A stretch of DNA of 64,000 bases, from positions 64,001 to 128,000 of the IMG/VR virus record IMGVR_UViG_3300044557_000292, one strand, 5' to 3'. Positions 31,102 to 40,779 of the stretch are shown piece by piece. The notes under the pieces were generated by a model. That model saw only the letters and a list, made by a program, of their open reading frames with translations, was not told where the DNA came from and did not search any database. Every line of letters starts with the position of its first letter. Within the stretch, counting starts at the first letter, position 1. The DNA is from a virus. Lineage: Duplodnaviria; Heunggongvirae; Uroviricota; Caudoviricetes. A program made the translations under genes and the position numbers.

Positions 31102-31890
31102 TCATTGTCCTTCGCCCGCCTCAAGATCCTCACCGGTCCTCCTCCACCTAGCCTGGCGGAGGTAATCCCTTAACTCCTTAGGAGTGTTCACGTTATAGGA
31201 GACGGTCTCTCTAACATTCCAATCTGGATCTTTAGCCAACTCACGAAGCGTTTCCTCTGGAGTACTATGATTCCGGACTACCTCAATCTTCACGGTTTCA
31301 TCATCGTTCTTCGCCAAAATGGAGAGGACATCCGGCGGCGTGTTCTCGTTCGCAGCCACCAATTTTCTCAATCCCGTCCCACGTTGTCTGCCAAGGACGT
31401 CAAGCACTTCAGGTTGAGTGTCAGGATCCGCTGCAAGCATGTGCTTCACCTTACGCTCAGCGCCCCACGCGAGATGTAGACGTTTAGTAGAGACTGTAGA
31501 TCTCGTATACGGACTTCCATTATCGGAGGAACTCCGCGCGAGTTCCATATCGGTAACATGTCCGTTCTTATATGAATTCCATATCTCCCGGGTTGTGGCG
31601 TCGGGGCTTCTCATTATATGTCTTCCATAACTCCTGGGCCGTGATGTTTTTCTCCTCACTGTGAGACTTCTTCATGGCGGCGGGCAATGATTGGGCTTCT
31701 GCATCAATCTTCTTCCTCTCGCCATTCTTCATTGTCTTGTGGAGTTCAGATGACGTTAACACTGTCTATACTGGTTCGAGATGCTCACCGTTCGGCACCC
31801 CTTCCGGTACCCGGTGACGTGGACGCCCGCGCGATCGCAATCCTCGACCCAGGTAGCGCCCTGTACCGGTGGCTCACCATGATCACTCGT
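31102..31890 (-). pseudogene. Decayed GATWV-tag gene with HEAT/LRV-repeat body
   Basis: SD AAGGAGG then ACG instead of ATG; tag SDHGEPPVQGATWVEDCDRAGVHVTGYR; +2 insertion, in-frame TAG, second frameshift into 31102-31659 (VAANENTPPDVLSILAKN repeats). Confidence 0.8.
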
Positions 31891-32007
31891 CTTATTCCTC
31901 CTTCATATCACGTCACTCATATTAGAACAGTGTTGATTCAACGAATTGGTTTTCGACACAACATGTGTCCCGAAGCACGCCGCTCCGGCCGTGGGACATC
32001 GATCTTA

Positions 32008-32412
32008 TCAAGATTCGAGCTCATAGTGATCTTGGCTGAATGACCCACCCTGCAGCTCGCGGACGCACTTGTTAAGCGCGTTAACGAGCGACTTACCGCC
32101 GCGTGGGTTGAGCGAGATGCTGTGATTCCAACTGTTACCGCATTCGAGGGTGTAATGGAAGTACTCGGTAAGCTCCTGTACGGTGCCCGTTTGCTTTGAG
32201 ACTCGACCGCGATGCGTCTTGATGATCGTGTATGTTCTCGCGCCCTTCTTCTTCAATGTCTTGCTGGGCGCGTCCGGCGCTGACGTAACCTCTACTGGTT
32301 CGAGATGCTCACCGTTCGGCCCTCTCCAGTACCCGGAGACGTGGACGCCCGCGCGATCATAATCCTCGACCCAGGTAGCGCCCTGTACCGGTGGTTCACC
32401 ATGATCACTCAT
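32008..32412 (-). CDS. GATWV-tag family protein, short phage-like body
   Basis: MSDHGEPPVQGATWVEDYDRAGVHVSGYWRGPNG; GGGAGG SD. Confidence 0.88.
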   Translation of the reverse strand: MSDHGEPPVQGATWVEDYDRAGVHVSGYWRGPNGEHLEPVEVTSAPDAPSKTLKKKGARTYTIIKTHRGRVSKQTGTVQELTEYFHYTLECGNSWNHSISLNPRGGKSLVNALNKCVRELQGGSFSQDHYELES

Positions 32413-32879
32413 CTTATCCTCCCTTATTGCGTTATAGTCATATTAACGTGCCATTGATCTAACGGTTACGTTAGCATACCATTAATCTAACGAATCAATG
32501 CTCTTCTTACTAGAAATCACTGTACTCCATCGTTTCAGCCATGTGGATACGGGGATGCAAAACGTTTATACCAGATAGTAGGGCGTGATGGAATATAAGC
32601 ACCGCAGCGCGCACGGAGTCAACGCTTGATTTGAGTCTTGTTTTAAGCTCTTCACCAGATAATCCATTAATCAAGTTGTGAGATCGCAGTAAGGCTGTTA
32701 TTGGATAGTTAACCAATAACAGCCTTTTTCTAAAGCTCTTGAATTAAATGATGTGGCCGATAACCTCATTGGCTATTCCATCATTGAACCCAATCTAATC
32801 TGCCTCTGCGATCTCACAAGGCTTGTTCCCGTCATTTAGAATATGATGCCTACTACTCTAAACAACGCGCTATGATGGA

Positions 32880-35423
32880 TCAATACTTCAGATCACTTCC
32901 CGTCTTATCAATACTGATTGACCTGTCCTCATAGAACTCATCTATATCGCCATTAGAATCAGCAATGCGTCCAGTCTCACCCTCAAGCTGCTTAGCCCGG
33001 TGAATGATCTCCTCGTGGCGCCCGTGGACCATTGGCCTTGCGGATGGTTCACCAAGATAACCGCACACCCTCTTCACCACCTGTACCGTCGTAGGATCGT
33101 CGTTACCACATTCCGGGCACTTGTATCCATCTGACGTTGGGGCGAAGTCGCCCTGATAACCGCATAGCTCGCAGGAATCGATTGGGGTGTTAGATCCAAG
33201 GAATGGCACACCCTTCTCATAAGCATAATCCCACATGGCCTCAAGACCCTTAAGATTCTGCCTCATGGACGGGTACTCGACGTAGATGATATTCCCGCCC
33301 GCACTGTACTTCGGGCACTCGCACTCGAAGTCGATCTTACTCGCCGCCGAACCATTATCAGCGTAATGGAAGTGCGGTCTGTTCACGACCTCGAGCACGG
33401 ACGCTGTTGGCTCGTGTGGCTCTGATCCTATCCAAACGGGCCGATGGAAGCTATTCGTATAGAAATCATGGTCGGTGATACCGGGGATCACCCCGAACTT
33501 CTCCTTGTCAAGACGGGCAAGCTTGTCAGTGAGAGACTCGGCAGGTGTACCGTAAACAGAACAATGAACACCCTCCTCATCCTCCCACTGCTTGCAGAGC
33601 TTAGTGAGCTTCTTAAGGATTGAGAGCATGAACTTGTGAGCATCCTCATCCCAACCGTAGTCATTCGCCCAGTCCTTACCATAGAACATGGCCGTGGTCT
33701 CGTAGAGTCCAATGTAACCGAGGGATATGGTCGCCCTCGACCTGAGCATAAGCTTGGACACGTCATCACCATCGTGCAGACGTCCGAACCCACCGTGCTC
33801 CCATAAGCCGGGCGCGTTCTCAGGAAGCGCTTCCTGAGTCCTCTTGATCCTGAACTGGAGGGCGTGATGCGCGACCTCCATCCTCTGATTGAAGATCCTC
33901 CAGAACTTCCTCCTGTTACCATGCGACTCGATGGCGATGCGCGGGATGTTCACGGTCACCACTCCGAGGTTCATGCGGCCATCTTCCTCATCCTCGCCGG
34001 TATCTGGGTTCACCCAGCCCTGCAGGAATGAACGGCAGCCCATTGGCGCTTTGAATGAGCCAGTGACCTTGACCACATTCTCATAGAAGAGAACGTCTGG
34101 GTACATGCGCTTGCTCGTGCACTCTAAGGCAAGCTGCTTCATGTCATAATTCGGAGTGCCGGGGGCATCATTCAGGCCATGCTTGATCGTGAACGTGAGC
34201 TTGGGGAAGATGGCCGTCTTGTGCTTTGAACCGAGGCCGTTGATCCTGATGAGTAAGATGCAGCGTTGGATCTCCCTCTCGAACCAGTCCTCACCGAGAC
34301 CGAATCCAATCGTGACGAACGGAGTCTGTCCAGTGGTAGCGTGCTGCGTGTTCACCTGGTACTCGATTGTCTGCATGGCGTCATAGATGTTCTTGCGGGT
34401 GAGAATCTTCACGTAGAGGTCACGCTCGCGATCGAGTGGATCTTTGATGCCCTCATCTGGATGGTCAATGATCGTCGCTCGATTAGGAATATGAAGATTC
34501 TTGTTCTCATTCCTCTTCGCGATCACGACCATCTTGCGTGCAGTCTCGGGGTCCGTGCCGTCGGGCATGAGGGTCTTCACGATCTCCATGTTCTTGTCAT
34601 AATTCTTGCGGGCGTAGATGGAGAGAACCTCGTCTGCACGGTTGAATGACTGTCCACCATACTGGCTCGACGCCACGTCAAGCATGATCTGCGTGACTTG
34701 GGTGGCAGCAGTCTCAATGCTCTGTGGTGATCCCATCTCAGCATTGCCAAGCATGAACCCATTGGCAAGCATGTCTTTGAAGTTCGGTAGAGAACAGTTC
34801 GTCATTGGAGTGAATGGCGAATAGTCAGCGTCATGGAAGTGGATGTCGCCCTTCGCATGAGCGTTCGCCACATCAGCTGGCAGCATCTTAAGGGCTATCG
34901 AACGCGACACGGTTCCAGCGAGAAGATCCCTCTGCGTGGAGTAAACGCGGGAGTCCTTATTAGCGTTCTCGTTCACGAGGGTCTTATCCTTGCCGACGAA
35001 CCTCTCGATCTCGTGGTTGATGTCTAGGGACTTAGCGCGCTTGATGTCCCTGGAGAGCCTGTAGTCAGTGTATGACTTGGCCACGTCATACCATCCATGA
35101 TTGATGATCTCATGCTCGACCAGGTTCTGGATGTCCTCGATATGGACGGGCTGCGTGTACCTTTCCTTCACCGTCGACTCGATCTCGGCTGCTATAGAGC
35201 TGATCTGGTCGTCCTGACCCTTAGTGGTAGTCTTGCCGACATCATGGAAGGCAAGACTGATGGCTCGTATGATGTTCTCACCGTCGAAGTCAACGATCCT
35301 ACCATCCCTCTTCAGAACGTTGATCGGCTCATAATTGTCAAGATCATCCCCGTCATACTGATGCTCATCGGTCTTGTCGTCTACTTGAGCTCTTACCTCT
35401 GGTTCTATCAATAATGCTGTCAA
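32880..35423 (-). CDS. nrdD: Class III anaerobic ribonucleoside-triphosphate reductase with ATP-cone
   Basis: VLKRDGR cone, NENANKD, IHFHDAD, QYGGQS, PMGCRSF, YGTPAESL, CxxC pairs, KRVCGYLG glycyl-radical motif. Confidence 0.97.
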   Translation of the reverse strand: MTALLIEPEVRAQVDDKTDEHQYDGDDLDNYEPINVLKRDGRIVDFDGENIIRAISLAFHDVGKTTTKGQDDQISSIAAEIESTVKERYTQPVHIEDIQNLVEHEIINHGWYDVAKSYTDYRLSRDIKRAKSLDINHEIERFVGKDKTLVNENANKDSRVYSTQRDLLAGTVSRSIALKMLPADVANAHAKGDIHFHDADYSPFTPMTNCSLPNFKDMLANGFMLGNAEMGSPQSIETAATQVTQIMLDVASSQYGGQSFNRADEVLSIYARKNYDKNMEIVKTLMPDGTDPETARKMVVIAKRNENKNLHIPNRATIIDHPDEGIKDPLDRERDLYVKILTRKNIYDAMQTIEYQVNTQHATTGQTPFVTIGFGLGEDWFEREIQRCILLIRINGLGSKHKTAIFPKLTFTIKHGLNDAPGTPNYDMKQLALECTSKRMYPDVLFYENVVKVTGSFKAPMGCRSFLQGWVNPDTGEDEEDGRMNLGVVTVNIPRIAIESHGNRRKFWRIFNQRMEVAHHALQFRIKRTQEALPENAPGLWEHGGFGRLHDGDDVSKLMLRSRATISLGYIGLYETTAMFYGKDWANDYGWDEDAHKFMLSILKKLTKLCKQWEDEEGVHCSVYGTPAESLTDKLARLDKEKFGVIPGITDHDFYTNSFHRPVWIGSEPHEPTASVLEVVNRPHFHYADNGSAASKIDFECECPKYSAGGNIIYVEYPSMRQNLKGLEAMWDYAYEKGVPFLGSNTPIDSCELCGYQGDFAPTSDGYKCPECGNDDPTTVQVVKRVCGYLGEPSARPMVHGRHEEIIHRAKQLEGETGRIADSNGDIDEFYEDRSISIDKTGSDLKY

Positions 35424-35599
35424 CTCTTATACTCCTTCTGCTACCTGTTCTAGGGGAGTCTTCACCTAGGTCGCCCCCTACCTGCTGATCATTCCGTTTC
35501 ACTGGATTCACCTCGGGATCCCGTGAATGCGTGTAATGAAAATCTAACGCGCTGATGTATCCTACAGTGTTAAGATATGTATATGGTACCCCTCAGGAA

Positions 35600-35647
35600 A
35601 CACTACGGGTTGCGTTGCTATACAATGAATCTCACTACATATTGCGC
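35600..35647. promoter_or_regulatory. Tandem NrdR boxes upstream of nrdD
   Basis: ACACTACGGGTTGCGT (35600-35615) and TCACTACATATTGCGC (35632-35647), 32-bp period, resembling acaCwAtATaTwGtgt. Confidence 0.7.
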
Positions 35648-35831
35648 TTTTGAGCTCATTGATCCTTATAGAATTCTATAGAATATTGTAGAATTTCCTT
35701 CCACTCTCCGCGGGCTTATTGACCTTAAGACGATCTTATTTGTGAGTCTACAGTAGTTAGATTTAACGTGATGATATTTATTATGATGAAACATCATATT
35801 ATAGGGGTTATAGTACGAGGAGAGTTTGGAC

Positions 35832-36392
35832 ATGAGTGTGAACGAAGCGGTAAGAGACGCAATATGGGTGAAGCCGTACGAACGAGCTGGAGTACATGTC
35901 CGCGGGTACTGGAAGAGTCCCAACGTGGGTAAGATTCATGACGAGTCTCCTAACGTAGATCAACGCGAGCAGATTCTTGGAAGGTCAACTGCAATTGATC
36001 ATTACGCCCGCCGTCCAATGATTCGAGACTACACGTTCGAGGGCGTGAAGTTCAGGGTTGATGGGGCCACGTCGTCCGGTAGAGCTATCATAGGGGCGTT
36101 CACATCAGTCGCAGAGCATCTTCACCATGTGGATGGGGTGTTCCCATGGATGAACGATGAGGAGCTTGATGAGAAGATCAGGAATGAGAACATCGCCCTC
36201 ACGAATCCGCATAACGATGCTGATTCCATTAGAAGGAAGATCGGCGCGCTTGAGGAGGAGTACTCTGATAGGACTCATGAGAAGGTTCGAGATCATATGG
36301 ATGAGGTCATTACCGAGCTGTCGCGCCATAAGGTGAAGTATCAATCCCTGCGGTCTGTTCTCAAGACCATGCTTGAATCATATAAACTGTAA
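35832..36392 (+). CDS. Divergent GATWV-tag family protein
   Basis: DAIWVKPYERAGVHVRGYWKSPN; GAGGAG SD. Confidence 0.8.
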   Translation: MSVNEAVRDAIWVKPYERAGVHVRGYWKSPNVGKIHDESPNVDQREQILGRSTAIDHYARRPMIRDYTFEGVKFRVDGATSSGRAIIGAFTSVAEHLHHVDGVFPWMNDEELDEKIRNENIALTNPHNDADSIRRKIGALEEEYSDRTHEKVRDHMDEVITELSRHKVKYQSLRSVLKTMLESYKL

Positions 36393-36452
36393 CAGGGCCC
36401 CCGTCTCTTTAATAGTATAAGAGGCTCTGTTAACCGCGATCACGCTTAGCGT

Positions 36453-36767
36453 TTACGCCCAGGTACCGTTCCTCTTGGCCTCATCAAGGAGACGATCATG
36501 CTCTTCCTCAATCCTAGCATAATGTTCTATATCTTCATCATTGGCGTTCTTCCACTCAGCTATGGCAGCATCGTCAACAGCGCGATTCGCATTATGGACT
36601 ATTCTTGACAGGTATGACGCCCTTCTAGCAGGACCAAACTTGTATCCAGACGTTATAGTTCTCAGTCGACCGAATAGGTATGCTAGCGAAGCAACGCCTG
36701 ATATGATGGCCGCCAGCCCCGTTACTGCTAAGCCGCCCCTAATGATCTTTCCTATTGTCCTCATCAT
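36453..36767 (-). CDS. Small membrane-anchored hypothetical protein
   Basis: 104 aa, one hydrophobic segment, GAGGGG SD. Confidence 0.65.
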   Translation of the reverse strand: MMRTIGKIIRGGLAVTGLAAIISGVASLAYLFGRLRTITSGYKFGPARRASYLSRIVHNANRAVDDAAIAEWKNANDEDIEHYARIEEEHDRLLDEAKRNGTWA

Positions 36768-36858
36768 AACCCCCTCGACTTTCGTTCAGAATGATAGTTA
36801 ACAGTTACACTGTTATTATAACGGTAATAAGATATGTGGAAAGAGTAAGCTATAGTAA

Positions 36859-37818
36859 TCATTCCGCCTTATTGATCTCATTGAGGGCGTTGCCCACAGA
36901 CGACCTCTTGAACTTGATGTTCTTACGCTCTGACTCTGGGGTGGACTCCCATATGCTCATGAGCTGATCTGTGGTCACGGTCAAAGGCTCATCATCCCCA
37001 CCACTGGGGTACACTGTCCACGAGTGCTGCGCACCACACGTGAAGTCCTCGGTGGAATCATCTGAATCCCTCTTCACCGTGACCCTATAAGCCTCACTCG
37101 TTAACGGCTCGTACTTCTCGATCACACGATGCCATTCCCCGTCATCACCGACCACATGATCGCCAACCTTAAGCTCACCTAGATTCCTCCTGCCCTCAAG
37201 ACTGGGGACGATCGTGGCGGCAGCAAGCGCCTTGGCGGGTGATGACGTGTCGAGCAGCTCGCCGGCCTCGTCGACCATGACCATGAGAGCGCTACCGGCG
37301 TTCTCCATGTCGAGGAAGTTGTTATGGCCGGCTGCCTCCATGTCCCCATACCTGTCCATCATGGTCTCCTGGGCGAAACGGAGAACCTCGATCGCGTCCT
37401 CCAGGGTCGTGGCCACACCGATGATCGCGTTCGTGTACGGCTTGTAGGCAGAGAGCTCCACACGCTTTAGATCAATGGCAAGCATCTTGATCTCTTTAGA
37501 ATGCGTGATGATATGATCAACGATGTTACGCTGGGCGACGCTCTTACCGCCTCCAGTGTTATGGGTTAGCAATACCGAATCTGACGATTTGTCACGGAGT
37601 TCATATGAATGTGTTTTGTGTTCTACTCGGATGCACCTGACCGGTTCTTGTGGAAGATCATCAACAGATTTGATTCTCATCCATCCATGGCTGATGGAAG
37701 ATGGAATCAGGTAACGATCATATCCATCTTCAACAAGCTTCTTCATGTCAATGACTCTGACGCGCTTAAGATTACGATCCCATACCGTCCAGAGGTGTTC
37801 CTCATCGCACTTAATCAT
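36859..37818 (-). CDS. Fractured FtsK/SpoIIIE ATPase, middle piece: intein C-half (87 aa) + 109-aa extein + intein N-half (123 aa)
   Basis: CDEEHLW...VRCIRV...LLTHN|TGGGKS...AIDLKRVEL...MVMVDEAGELL...PAK|ALAAATIVP...LKVGD...CGAQHSW. Confidence 0.93.
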   Translation of the reverse strand: MIKCDEEHLWTVWDRNLKRVRVIDMKKLVEDGYDRYLIPSSISHGWMRIKSVDDLPQEPVRCIRVEHKTHSYELRDKSSDSVLLTHNTGGGKSVAQRNIVDHIITHSKEIKMLAIDLKRVELSAYKPYTNAIIGVATTLEDAIEVLRFAQETMMDRYGDMEAAGHNNFLDMENAGSALMVMVDEAGELLDTSSPAKALAAATIVPSLEGRRNLGELKVGDHVVGDDGEWHRVIEKYEPLTSEAYRVTVKRDSDDSTEDFTCGAQHSWTVYPSGGDDEPLTVTTDQLMSIWESTPESERKNIKFKRSSVGNALNEINKAE

Positions 37819-37929
37819 ATGTGCAAGATATCATTGGGTGATATTCCCGTTAACGGTTGCAACGTCTGTCGCATAAACGTTTTATTTTTATGACGTAAGA
37901 TATTGTTTCATCTGTAATAGAATGGTATA

Positions 37930-40779
37930 ATGTATTGTATGTTGACTTTATTAGAATCTAAGCCCTTAGCATCTAAGTTATGGGATAAGACCAAGAATAG
38001 CACGCCATTGGAATCAATTGATTCCAACGATGATAAGGAATATTATTGGACATGCAAGAATCATGGTCATAGCTTCAAGATGTCCCCAAAGAATATTCCC
38101 AATGATTCCAGATTCTGTCCCTTTCATACGCTTTTGCTTATACCAGGTCTTAATGATCTACAAACGGTAGATCCTTCGATAGCCAGTTGGTTTGCTGAGG
38201 ATCTTAACGGCGTGCCAGCAAGCAGAATCAGGGCGAATTCAGGGAAAAGGTTCTGGTGGCGCGACCCCAGGCATCATGATCATGTTTGGCAGTCCTCTCT
38301 TTCCAATAGACGAGGGCAACGATCTGGTTGCCCAATATGTAGCGGTCATGTTCTTCTATCGGGAGTGAATGACATAGCCACAATGGATCCAGTTGAGTCA
38401 GAAATGCTGGATACGGAAAAGAATCACGGGTTGACTCCTGATAAGATTCGATATGGATCTAATGCGAAAATATGGTGGAAATGTTCTAGGGGCCACTCGT
38501 TCCTCAAATCGCCCTCATGGATGAGGAATAATGGTGGTAAGTGCGAGCAGTGTGAGATGGAAGACACTTTATCGATAGCGGCTATGTACCCGGATTTAAT
38601 TCCTTGGTTTGATGATGGTTGCAATAAAGATTCCGCCGATCATACCCCGGCAAAGACCATGATGAAAGTTCATTGGAGGTGTTTTAAGGGTCATGCGTTC
38701 ACCATGAGGCCGTATGATATAGAACATGCTTCTCATAAGTGCGTAAGATGTTATGGGAAGGTGAAGAAACGTGTTGTTGAGGGGATAAACGATCTTGCAT
38801 CTCAACGTCCTGACTTATTAAAGCGGTGGGCTTATGATCGTAATAAAGATGATCCCAAAACGGTCAGGATTACTTCTAATAAAGAGTACTGGTGGACGTG
38901 CAAAGAACATCCTGATCATTTGTTCAAGTGCTCTGTGAAGAGAATGAGCTCTCTCGCTAAGAATCAGTGCCCGTATTGCTCTGGAGAAGAGACTCTAGTT
39001 GGGTTCAATGACCTCTTCACCATGATTCCAGAGTTCAAAGGAATATGGGATTACGAGAACAATGCGATTGATCCATCAACAATCCGCGTACAAACTAGAG
39101 GTACTGGAGCTTGGTGCAATAATGATGATGTTCTTTCCTGGAGGTGTTCTAAGGGTCATCACTGGAAATGCAAGATTTCAGATCTTCGAAGAGGCAATCA
39201 CAAGCATTGTCCATACTGCTTGGGAAAGATTATGCTTCCTGATCATTCTAATAGCATTGCGTCAGATTATCCAATTGTTCTTAAGGAATGGTTTTCTGAT
39301 AAGAATGGCGACCCCAACAATATAACTACAGGATCTTCGATAAGAAGCAAGATCTATTGGAAATGCTCTAATTGCGGAGGAATATGGAAGACGCGACCGT
39401 TCTACTATATTAACAACGTATCTTTTAAGCATGACAATAACTGTCCTTATTGCCACGATCGGGAGTTACTGACCGGTCTCAACGATCTTGCCACCAGGCG
39501 GCCAGATCTGATTCCAATGTGGTCAGAGAAGAATGACAAGGGTCCAGGTGAGTACATCTTCAACAGTCATGAAGAGGTGATATGGAAGTGCCCGGCTGGT
39601 CATCATCGTGAATGGAGAGATTCCATTCGCAATGAGGTCAACGGAGGGTACACTGCTGGATGCTACGTCTGCAAGAATAAGGTCTATTCGCTTGGAGAGA
39701 ACGATCTTGCTACGCTGCGCCCAGATCTGGTAAAAGAATGGGCGTATGATCTCAATAAGACCAGACCAGAAGATCATATGATCAATGATAGAACGCCAAT
39801 TATGTGGAGGTGCAAGAATGGCCATGTATGGACTTGTTCTATTTCCGGAAGAGCATTTGATCATAATGGGTCTTGTTTCAGATGCGCATCTGGTCTTCAT
39901 ACGAGTGAACCAGAGAATGAGATTACCAGTTATCTAAGATCTATTCTTGGACATGATGAGATAATCGTTAATAACGATAGAAAGATTCTTGGAGGACCCG
40001 AGCTTGACATTTATCTTCCTAACCGTCATGTCGCTATTGAATATAATGGTCTCTATTGGCATTCGGTTCTAGTAGACAATCAATTCAATAAGACTCGTCA
40101 TTATGAGAAATACACGTCTTGCAAGCAATTGGGAATCCGCCTCATACAGATCTGGGAAGATCAGTGGCTCGATCACCCCGATATTGTTAAGGACTCATTG
40201 AGAGCAATACTGAAGCCTGAGACCATGATTAAGGAGAACGCTCGGTCACTTCATGTCGAAGAACCAGAGAGATCATATGCTCAGAAGTTTCTTGATGAGA
40301 ATCACATTCAAGGGCATGCGGGAGGATGCTCATACCTCGCTCTCGTCGATGATCATCATATGATTAAGGCCTGCATGGCTTACAGGGTGAATGATTCCGA
40401 GTTCAATCTTGTTCGATATGCGTCCGAGCTAGGTCATAACGTAAGAGGTGGATTGAGCAAGCTTTTAAAGCATTCGATAAGCATCGTGAATAAAGACGAT
40501 AAACGGGTAGATCATGTGGTGACATTCAGTGATAACACGATTAGCGAGGGTGCGTCATATGAGAAGATAGGATTCCACATTGATAAGGAAATTCCTCCAG
40601 ATTACTCTTACGTGAGTGGGAAGCATCGTTTCCACAAGTTCTTGTATCGTAAGAAGAGATTCCGTGATGATCCTGATCTTAAGTATGATCCAACTGCTCA
40701 TGAGTCAGAGCTTGCTGAGATGAATGGTCTTAATCGTATCTACGATGCGGGTAAGATCCGCTGGAGGATGAACGTCTAG
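37930..40779 (+). CDS. Zinc-ribbon repeat (DUF4379-like) protein with C-terminal Vsr-like/Hef-like endonuclease; putative free-standing homing endonuclease
   Basis: About 10 WWxC..GH.....CPYC...G.NDL repeats; ELDIYLPNRHVAIEYNGLYWHS, LIQIWEDQW, FLDENHIQG, RIYDAGKIRW. Confidence 0.88.
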   Translation: MYCMLTLLESKPLASKLWDKTKNSTPLESIDSNDDKEYYWTCKNHGHSFKMSPKNIPNDSRFCPFHTLLLIPGLNDLQTVDPSIASWFAEDLNGVPASRIRANSGKRFWWRDPRHHDHVWQSSLSNRRGQRSGCPICSGHVLLSGVNDIATMDPVESEMLDTEKNHGLTPDKIRYGSNAKIWWKCSRGHSFLKSPSWMRNNGGKCEQCEMEDTLSIAAMYPDLIPWFDDGCNKDSADHTPAKTMMKVHWRCFKGHAFTMRPYDIEHASHKCVRCYGKVKKRVVEGINDLASQRPDLLKRWAYDRNKDDPKTVRITSNKEYWWTCKEHPDHLFKCSVKRMSSLAKNQCPYCSGEETLVGFNDLFTMIPEFKGIWDYENNAIDPSTIRVQTRGTGAWCNNDDVLSWRCSKGHHWKCKISDLRRGNHKHCPYCLGKIMLPDHSNSIASDYPIVLKEWFSDKNGDPNNITTGSSIRSKIYWKCSNCGGIWKTRPFYYINNVSFKHDNNCPYCHDRELLTGLNDLATRRPDLIPMWSEKNDKGPGEYIFNSHEEVIWKCPAGHHREWRDSIRNEVNGGYTAGCYVCKNKVYSLGENDLATLRPDLVKEWAYDLNKTRPEDHMINDRTPIMWRCKNGHVWTCSISGRAFDHNGSCFRCASGLHTSEPENEITSYLRSILGHDEIIVNNDRKILGGPELDIYLPNRHVAIEYNGLYWHSVLVDNQFNKTRHYEKYTSCKQLGIRLIQIWEDQWLDHPDIVKDSLRAILKPETMIKENARSLHVEEPERSYAQKFLDENHIQGHAGGCSYLALVDDHHMIKACMAYRVNDSEFNLVRYASELGHNVRGGLSKLLKHSISIVNKDDKRVDHVVTFSDNTISEGASYEKIGFHIDKEIPPDYSYVSGKHRFHKFLYRKKRFRDDPDLKYDPTAHESELAEMNGLNRIYDAGKIRWRMNV

